DNA of 64,000 bases from Antedon mediterranea (Eukaryota; Animalia; Echinodermata): NCBI RefSeq assembly GCF_964355755.1, contig NC_092676.1, positions 18,246,871 to 18,310,870 on the forward strand, written 5' to 3'. The notes under the pieces are model-generated. The model was not told where the DNA came from. It searched no databases and saw only the letters and a program-made list of their open reading frames with translations. How positions within the stretch are numbered: the stretch's first letter is position 1; every line of letters starts with the position of its first letter. Below, piece by piece: positions 56,401-64,000 of this stretch. The position numbers were made by a program, and so were the translations under genes.

Positions 56401-59182
56401 ATCTCTATTAATAGAGATATCTCTATTAAAAACTAAGATATCTTAGTTTTAAATAGATATCTTAGTTTTTAATAGAGATATCTTAGTTTTTAATAGAGAT
56501 ATCTCTATTAATAGAGATATCTTAGTTTTAAACTAAGATATCTTAGTTTTAAACTAAGATATCTTTATTTCCGAATAAATGACAGCTTGGCGCACCATAG
56601 TAGTACAGTATTTTTCATAGGAATTTGAAAATACTTGTGTGCAGTATTCATGGGATCATCAAGATATTCTGATGCAACTTCAATTGATTCTTGGTTTTTA
56701 TTTGTATGCTGTGTTTTTTATGATACAACTATTTGACACTTTTTCAAGTTTCTTCTTAAACATACAGCAAAGTTAAAAGGTACACAAACGAAAAGAAATT
56801 TTTAAGGATACATAACCTATTAAGATACATCTATATTATTCATTTATTTTATTTATTGGTGCTTTTCTTTTCATTTGCAACAATTGTAATGTTTATATTG
56901 TTAATATTCGAGCAAATGAATTTCTAAATTTCTGAGATCAATAAATTATACAGATTACTGGTAATAATGTTAACAATTATAATACAGTAATAATTGTTAA
57001 ATTAATTATTATTGATAAATGAATGAATGATTTATGACTTTGAAGGTTTATTGTTTTGTTCTGTTTATGAATCTAAATGTAATTTTATATAATCATTTAA
57101 AAAAAATAGTGGTACAATAACGTTTGAACTATTTTACTGTATTTTTTATGGCAATAAAATATACCATGGCAACAAACCTGCTTTATTGTTGATACGCAAC
57201 ATGCTGTAGGCCAACTGTGTATCACCCATTGTTTGTTATTGTTATATTTGATATATCATTTGTATGAATTTGAAAAGGTTATCACACCAGCATTGTAAGT
57301 GTAATAACAGCGTGTTCTTCAAAACTTGTTTTTCAAAGGTCAAAATACAGTATTTGTGCATTTTGTTGATTGATTAAAATTTTTAATATGATTTATTAAA
57401 ACATGGTTGAAATGACTAAGTTACTGTAGGCGTGGTGGAAATTACAATTTTTATGGTTTACATTTCAAGTATTTTGTCTGTAAAAATATATGAACAAATT
57501 GGGACAATTCTACCACCCAGAACTTGAAACAAGAATCAGAATGGAATTAGAGGACTGCCAATATTTATACAGTACTATATTTATGCTGTTTTATTTTAAA
57601 GATCCCGTCATAAATGCATTTTGTCTCTATAGAAAAGTACTACTCTTCAAAGGCCAGCTTATGACAACAAGGGGAACAGTTGAAGTAGTTTGGGGAATAA
57701 TTTTATAATCATAAATACCATGTACCCTACAGTAGTAATGAAGCATGATTTCAAAGCCTAAAATCAAAATTGAATTGAAAATGGTCAATGACACTGGAAC
57801 TCAGTGCCTGTTAAATGCAAAGCAAAGTCAATACGTTATTCAAAGCGGGGAGTTAAAAAACATAGTCTGACCAACTACCTTTATTCACACTCACTTGAAA
57901 GTTAAAACAAATTTACACACACAAGCGGTAACGGTAAGCGAAAATCGCGTACCTTGTCTCACGTAAAATCTTTATCTATCCTGAGCAGAAACCCACCATC
58001 CACTTTTGTGTAAAAGGTCATATAAGGAATACTATATCATAGATTTTATATTTTTATTACCGTTACTGCTTGTCTGTGTAAATTGGCCTTTAGTGAGAAT
58101 TTTCAACATACTATAAAAATGCAAGTTTTATTGTAGAACTATAAGCCTTTAGTAAAAAAGCAAATGTCAAAGTTCTCTGGTCCAATCTAAAAAAAAAAAA
58201 CTTACATGTACTTCCTTTAAGTCTTTTTCATCCAATTCAAAAGAATCACTTGATTCCAATTCCACGTGATTATCTGGATTTGCTTCCTTATCACCAGTAA
58301 TTTCCTTTTTAGAAGAAAGGATAACTTCACTTTTTTCTGCTTTGCTAATTTCAGTCTCACAATCGTGAAGTACTTTTCTGTGCGAAGATGTTCCATATCG
58401 ATCCCAACGCTCTACTGTACTCTTCAACTGTTGTAAATCTGCACTGCAAAATTTTTGGTCCTTCCTTTTCATGACTCCAATTGATTCAGTAATTTTCTGG
58501 TTATATTGTGCAATCTCTGGTTTGTATTTATACATCTTTTGAATCTTTGAGGGGTTTTCAAAAGAATCAGTTCTGCTTCTTTTTCTTCCATTAGACGGTT
58601 TCTCATTTTGATTTACCTCGGTAGTATTCTCGTGCAGTCTCTCATTTTTTCCTTCTTCTGCAATGAAATTAACGTCTAAAAACGTTGAGGATCTTCTTCT
58701 GTTGTTGCCACTGTACCCACTCTCAACGCTGGCACCCAGAACAGATTCATCTTGTGAGACTTCCGCCGATCCACTTCCTCTACCACTTGATACTGACCTG
58801 AAGTGTTGTCTTCGTTCTTCCACAGAAGTAGTTTTGTCTGAAGGAGCTGGGAAATAACGAAAGAAAAAATCTAGATTGAAAGCAAGGAGCATTCTAGCAA
58901 GGATAAAGCTTTAGGACCAGAAAATTAGCACATGAAATAATAATAAATAACAAATTGTCTCCATATTCCAAGTATTTCTCTATTTGACAAGAAAACAAAA
59001 TGACAAAACAAATTATACAAAAGAAGTTACATACATTCATTTTCAAAGCTGTTCTGTCTTTGAAGAGATCCATGGCATTCATTAGGTTGAGTAACCAAAA
59101 TGCAGCAAGTACCAGCACTGTTGTTATTGTTCTGCTGCGCATCTTGGATGGAATGGCCACTAATGTTATTATAGTTTGACAT
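46950..59182 (-). CDS. Uncharacterised TAZ-type zinc finger + degenerate protein kinase-fold protein (13 exons, ~753 aa)
   Basis: Phase-consistent GT-AG exons 59182-59035, 58846-58206, 55103-55005, 54733-54632, 52906-52796, 52343-52192, 50799-50682, 50546-50385, 50012-49883, 49310-49167, 48301-48165, 47991-47860 and 47135-46950. TAZ: CLHLKSLCKVQNCIEQQC..HLKMC...CMKC...HHSKICEEFKCPVPFC. Kinase: YAIK, GGSL, IILLDWSSDHI, DFS, TPTE, SDVWGVG, EDPEDR. Confidence 0.8.
48372..48935. mobile_element. Kolobok-like MITE (family of 29979-30318)
   Basis: TTAA-AGATGTATTGTC start and a degenerate right end ...CAATACATGTTTA. Confidence 0.55.
50963..51336. mobile_element. Tc1/pogo-type MITE
   Basis: TA-CCGTAAAT...ATTTACGG-TA with internal GGGTTACTATT subrepeats. 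Confidence 0.7.
51867..52005. mobile_element. Harbinger-like MITE (AGCTTGGTTCCCACTAG family)
   Basis: Both TIRs present, with TTA flanks. Confidence 0.75.
53019..53090 (+). tRNA. tRNA-like gene (anticodon ATC), copy 2
   Basis: Same cloverleaf as 20119, with a perfect T stem CCGAG/CTCGG, a G discriminator and a TTTTT terminator. Confidence 0.65.
53248..53284 (+). ncRNA. Minimal type I hammerhead ribozyme, copy 2
   Basis: GCACTGATGAAGGGCTAGTGTTGCCCGAAAGCTCTGC, identical to 20341-20377. Confidence 0.75.
53838..54015. mobile_element. Intact Harbinger-like MITE (AGCTTGGTTCCCACTAG family)
   Basis: Perfect TIRs of more than 35 bp and a TTA TSD. Confidence 0.85.
55258..55660 (+). repeat. ~400-bp intronic duplication, partner at 57378-57770
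   Basis: Collinear near-identical sequence. It gives rise to the paired spurious ORFs at 55387 and 57490. Confidence 0.9.
55662..56014. mobile_element. MITE absent from the duplicate at ~57775
   Basis: TIR core CTCTCCCTTAGCAGAA/TTCTGCTAAGGGAGAG. The paralogous site is empty. Confidence 0.7.
56160..56599. mobile_element. IS3EU-like MITE with internal ~20-bp tandem repeats
   Basis: Termini TATGGCGCGCCAAGCTGTCATTTATTC/...GCGCACCATA with a 6-bp TSD GTAGTA. Internal AATAGAGATATCTTAGTTTT array. Confidence 0.8.
56635..56754 (-). pseudogene. Decayed third copy of the duplicated ~100-nt exon (pseudo-exon)
   Basis: Homologous to 55103-55005 and 54733-54632. It keeps AG/GT ends but has an internal frameshift and an in-frame TAA. 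Confidence 0.6.
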
Positions 59183-59307
59183 CTTGCCTCTTGCTATGTA
59201 TATTAATAATATTGTGTATTAAACTTTTTAAAAGTACATAATACATGAGCATGCACTTTAGTTACACAAGAGTGATTGACACAAAGATGTATTAGTACAG
59301 TAGGCCC

Positions 59308-62300
59308 TGTAACGCCAAATGAAGTGACATTGCCAAATGAGGTGCGCGTGGTCTGTATCGCACAAGGCTAGGTCACTTAATTTGGCAGCACGTTTCTGGC
59401 GAGCTAATCGTGTTATAAATATTGATATTACTTATTTCCAAATAAACACAAACTGAAAATTATTAACCGGAGTATTTCTAACCTAATAACCTTTACTCAT
59501 TGTATTAAATTAAACCATTATAACTGAAACATACGACGAAAATTTACTATTTTAGTGTAAAAAACGAAAGGCACTGTTCATCGAAAAATCTAGAAAACTC
59601 GAAATGCATGATGGGAAGCCTACCGACCCCTTTCTAAGCAGCTGGAAAAGGAGACTACTCGTTTTAGCGCCAAAGGAAAGTGTCTGAAGTCACGTCTGCA
59701 TGTTATGCGGACATGGTCTGGGACAATTTGCCTTTGGGCGCTAAAGCGTTTAGTGTTTGAGTTATGGGACGCTATTGCTGCATTATTTTCTAGTAATAAT
59801 TTGATTTGACGTTCCTTTCGTCGGTACATGATTCCCGTTATTATTTTGTTCGGTTTTATGAATTTCTATGTTTATGTTTTCAAATTAAAATGATTATTCG
59901 TTGAATATGAATGTATCCTGTTATTCTACTGATTATTATATATATTTTTTTGTTTAACATTGCTTACTATTTAATCAATTCCGTTTTTTTAAATGTATAT
60001 GACCAATGTTATTTAGGCCTATGTTTTTTATTTATAAGTTCTTTAAAAATATTAGTTACATGATCACATTTTTGTCACTTATTATACCTACAGTATAACA
60101 CTATATTTCCTTTGATGTCTGAAACATTAAAACATAAATTTGCAATACTATGGCGAACCTAAGTCGCAAATTGTTAGTTGGATATTCGTTATAATTTCAT
60201 CATCTCATTTGACACATGTGTGTGTGACCTATAATAAATAAATAAGGGATGGTAGGCCTAAAGGTAGTCGAGGGGAAATTCATCAAATTGTTTCATCAAA
60301 ACAATAACTCATAAGGTTGGAAACATTTAGATAATGGAACCAAATTTTGCAATAAAGTCTTTATTGCAAAAATTGGTTCCATTATCTAAATGTTAAAAGA
60401 TGAGATATTGCCTTGTTCTCTTTTGTTATCAATCTTTTCATGTCACGTACCGTAATAGAATGTAACAGTTGAACATGCATATCACAATAAATAAAGAATG
60501 GTACCTAATTAGTTCAGCATTTTCATCAAGTTTTAACAATATTTGATGTCGGAAACATTTCCAATAATATAGAGACTAATTTTGCAATATGTTAGATATT
60601 TTATTCAGCTGGTACTTTTTACCTTGATGTCGGAAACATTTGAACATAAATTCGCAATAATGGATCATAATTGTGCAATGAAGTTGTCATTTCATTTGTT
60701 CATATCGATGTGAGAAACAGTTTGGATGGGAATGTGGTGAGCGAAATTCTAAGCAAGCTAAATACATGATACAGTTATTTTAAGGTTGGGAACACAACGT
60801 GAATTCGCAAATAATTGAACGTAATTTTGCAATAAAGTCGTCATCTCGTTTGTTCATATTACGATGTGGGAAACAAGTTTGGATGGGAATGGGGTGGTGA
60901 ACGAAATTCTAAGTAAGTATTACTTCGAAGTCGGAAACAACCTTAAATTCGCAATAATGCAATGGAACCTAATTTTGCAATGAAGTCGGTCACCTTGTTT
61001 GTTCATACGATGTTGAAAGCATGTTCGGAGGGGTGGACGAAATTCTAGGAAGCTAAATACAGTTACCGTAGTTATAACAATAATTATTTTGAGGTCGTGA
61101 ATATTAGAATTTATACTTAAATGGAACCTAATTTTGCAATGGAGATTGCATGCGTTATTTTCATCTCGATTCTTCTGTTGTTGCCACTGTACCCACTCTC
61201 AACGCTGGCACCCAGAACAGATTCATCAAAGCTATCGATGGAATGGTGGGTACGAAATCCATGATAATTTAGTTACTTATCTAAAATAAATTCGACGGGA
61301 ACCTGATTTTACAAGAGGACCTCTTATATGAGTTTGTGAGGACTCCGTTTATAGAGGACATCTTAATATCTGTTCTAAAGATTCCTTATATCAGTTCTAG
61401 AATTAACCTTAATTCAATTCAAATTGATCAGTTCTTTTCTAATGAAGAATCTGGGCAATTTACAATCAAGCAACAACACCACATAATTCTACGTGAATTC
61501 TGCTGTACGTGAGCTAGCCTTAATAATACCGCCTGATTACGGTATATAGGCCTACAGTATTAGCTTCAGAATAAATGACAACGCATTCTACAGATATTAA
61601 AACAGAATGAAAATATTAAATTGGCTTCGTTGAAATGTTGTACCTTGATAGACAGACCCCCAAGCAGACAGCCCACATTACTGTACAGACAATCTGCACT
61701 GCAGCACAATCTATTGGTTTTAACTGTACACGCGGTGATTCAACTAAAAGCAGTAAAAACATTTTGGCACACAATGCGTATCATATAATTTGGGGACCAT
61801 GACCGAAGCACTTCCGCTTCGATCTATTCGACGAAAATCAAAAAAGGATAACTATTTTCTGCTTTATGGGTCATTCTTCAGTAAGTGTCTAAAATCGTGT
61901 CCCGATACTTTGGTGGGATAGAGACTGAAAATTCATCATTAAAAAATAAAAATTCTTGACTTAAATCATAATCAACATTATTGTAAATATAATTAATTAC
62001 ATAAAACAAAGATAATTACATTGATATTGTTAATTTTTATAAAAATGTTTCAGGCAACCCCCTAAAATCCTATGTCCCGATCGTACATCTTCAATTTCAT
62101 GATCGCCGTATATATTTGATAACAGGACTTTTGTTATCGAAAATATTGTAAAAAGTTAGTTAATCATGATTTCATGCGATTATATTCTTCGAAATACATC
62201 TCTACATACATTAAATCTCAAACTTTAAAGTTTTTGTTTGGAAAAAGCTTGTCCCGCAGTTTTGTGTCATTTCCGTCACATAATTTAAATGTACCGTCTA

Positions 62301-63616
62301 CAATTTAATGAACGGCGGGGAACATACGAAGATATTGAAAAAAAACTAGCCGCACATCATTTTCAATAAAAGAGGAAAAAAGCTAAAAAAAAACGAGGTT
62401 TTAGAAAAATTTCAGTTGCGTACCTTTATTGAATGTCATATCCGAACGGTATAGAACTCATTAAATAATTATAATTTCTGGTTTTTTTCAACTGGAAGTA
62501 CAAGTTATTCACGGTATCTAGAAGTATGCAATCCGTCTCCGCTGTCAGACATGCCTACGATGTGATCCTAGGCTGTCCAATGCTAAATACATCATCTCCG
62601 TCACGGTCAGCTCCGTCACATTTCCCAATGTTTCGTTGTGACGGAGATGACGGCCCGTGACGGATATGACTTTTTGTTATTGCCAGGGCCTTTTTTGTTG
62701 TACATTTTGTTTTGTATATCTTTATTATGTTATTACATTGTATATCCATGTGACTCTGGTCAATAAGCATAATCAAATCATATCTTAAAGTCATCTCCGT
62801 CACATGATTTTTTAGGTTCGTCATATCCGTCACGGTTTCATCTCCGTCACATGGATATTTTATCCTTTTAAATCCTAAAATATTTAAGTAATGAACGCAA
62901 TTATGTGGTATATTGAAATATAAACAATATTCTTCTACTATATCAATGGATAGTAATATTAGTTCAACAGAATTTTGTAAAACATCAGTGACAGTCATAC
63001 TATTTTCTGAAAATTATTATTTTTTGGAATAGTAAATGGTTTTGAACGTATAACATCATACTTATAAATGTTAAAACAATAATTTTTTGATTAATAGAGA
63101 CAAAAATAATATATAGTATCAAAGAATTAATAATGGAAATAATTTTATAATTCATAAACCGTTATTTTTTCTATCTTTGTATATTCCATAAATGTGACGG
63201 AAATGACAGTAACATAGAACCATGTATTTATAAATACGAATAAAATACGAAATATATAATAAAGATTGCGCCAAACATACGCTTGCCATGTAATACATGT
63301 TCATTTATCTGAATAAACTTTTAAAATTTTAAAAATGCAAATTTTAAAATCGATTTTTTATAAACCTGAAATTAGACACTTACTGAAGAATGACCCTTAT
63401 ATTTAATTTAATGTAATAGCTTGATCTAATAACAGGCGTAACAACACAGAATACATATTGTAGTTTAATACTGGCTTAAATATGTCTGTTTTATATAAAC
63501 TGTATTTTACAAAATTACAATAGAACTTCATTTTGCAATAGTACCTAATTTGGCGCCTTAGACGCCAAATTAAGTGCGGTACCTCATTTGGCAGTGGTAC
63601 CTCATTTGGCGTGACA
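59308..63616. mobile_element. Ginger2/TDD-like non-autonomous DNA transposon
   Basis: Termini TGTAACGCCAAATGA.../...TCATTTGGCGTGACA with a 5-bp TSD GGCCC. Repeated GCCAAATGAGGT subterminal motifs and an internal ~120-bp degenerate array at 60100-61290. Confidence 0.75.
61868..63396. mobile_element. Sola2-like non-autonomous element nested in the Ginger-like element
   Basis: 25-bp perfect TIR GGGTCATTCTTCAGTAAGTGTCTAA with a 4-bp TSD TTAT. Internal TCCGTCAC motifs. Confidence 0.75.
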
Positions 63617-64000
63617 GGCCCATTGTAGGCCTATTACAGGCAATTATTTAAAAACAGTGGACAAGAAAACTTCAAACTCAGACTATTTATCACCTAAAGC
63701 CTATGGATACCCTCTGATCCCCAACTTATCAATTTGATCTGTGTGTGGGATGTATCTCTTTGCCTACAAATTGCACTGGACTAAATCAAACAAGTATGCA
63801 TTTTATAATAATTGAATAAGGATGTTGATCAAATTTATTGCAACTAGGACGCACAAAGAATGTTACCACAGTGACAATGACGTTCGCTAGTCGCTTGTGA
63901 TTGGTTGAATTATTGGCGTTGCGCGTTAAAATGTGTGCTCATTTTCGGGAAAGTTTAGCTCAGTTGATTGCTGCTGGCGAATTTATTGTCGTTAGATAGA

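Noticed and set aside
57178-57229. Possible alternative first exon MGDTQLAYSMLRINNKA
   Set aside because: It ends in phase 1, while the next exons are phase 0, and it has no other support.
55387-57708. Two similar ~70-aa ORFs suggesting a small gene pair
   Set aside because: They are a by-product of a 400-bp intronic duplication, with differing start codons and no recognisable domain.
58894-59160. ORF with a signal-peptide-like start (MRSRTITTVLVLAAFWLL)
   Set aside because: It is an alternative frame of the first coding exon. The frame from ATG 59182 uses the stronger GTATGT donor in phase with the next exon.
62555-62998. 147-aa ORF inside the Sola2-like element
   Set aside because: It has no transposase motifs and is built from internal TCCGTCAC repeats.

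Overview
AT-rich animal genomic DNA with GT-AG introns. It is probably a marine invertebrate deuterostome such as an echinoderm, which is an inference from gene style and repeat types. Hand-splicing gives five frame-consistent genes: two tandem IL-17-like cytokine paralogs (- strand, 107-2555 and 7973-9773), YRDC/Sua5 t6A synthase (+, 21032-32495), a HUNK-like AMPK-family kinase (-, 33893-41896), and an unusual gene encoding a TAZ-type zinc finger followed by a degenerate, probably pseudo-kinase domain (-, 46950-59182). The rest is dense with non-autonomous transposons. These include Harbinger-, Merlin-, Kolobok-, IS3EU-, Sola2-, Ginger- and Tc1-like MITEs, nested Helentron-type elements, a Penelope GIY-YIG remnant and several minisatellites. 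Four observations stand out. (1) A two-copy element in (TA)n tracts joins a complete tRNA cloverleaf (anticodon AUC) to a minimal hammerhead ribozyme. (2) The TAZ-finger/pseudokinase architecture. (3) Both IL-17s lack the same cystine-knot disulfide pair. (4) A 58-bp exact copy of a coding exon sits inside a neighbouring transposon. All calls are manual and no database searches were run.
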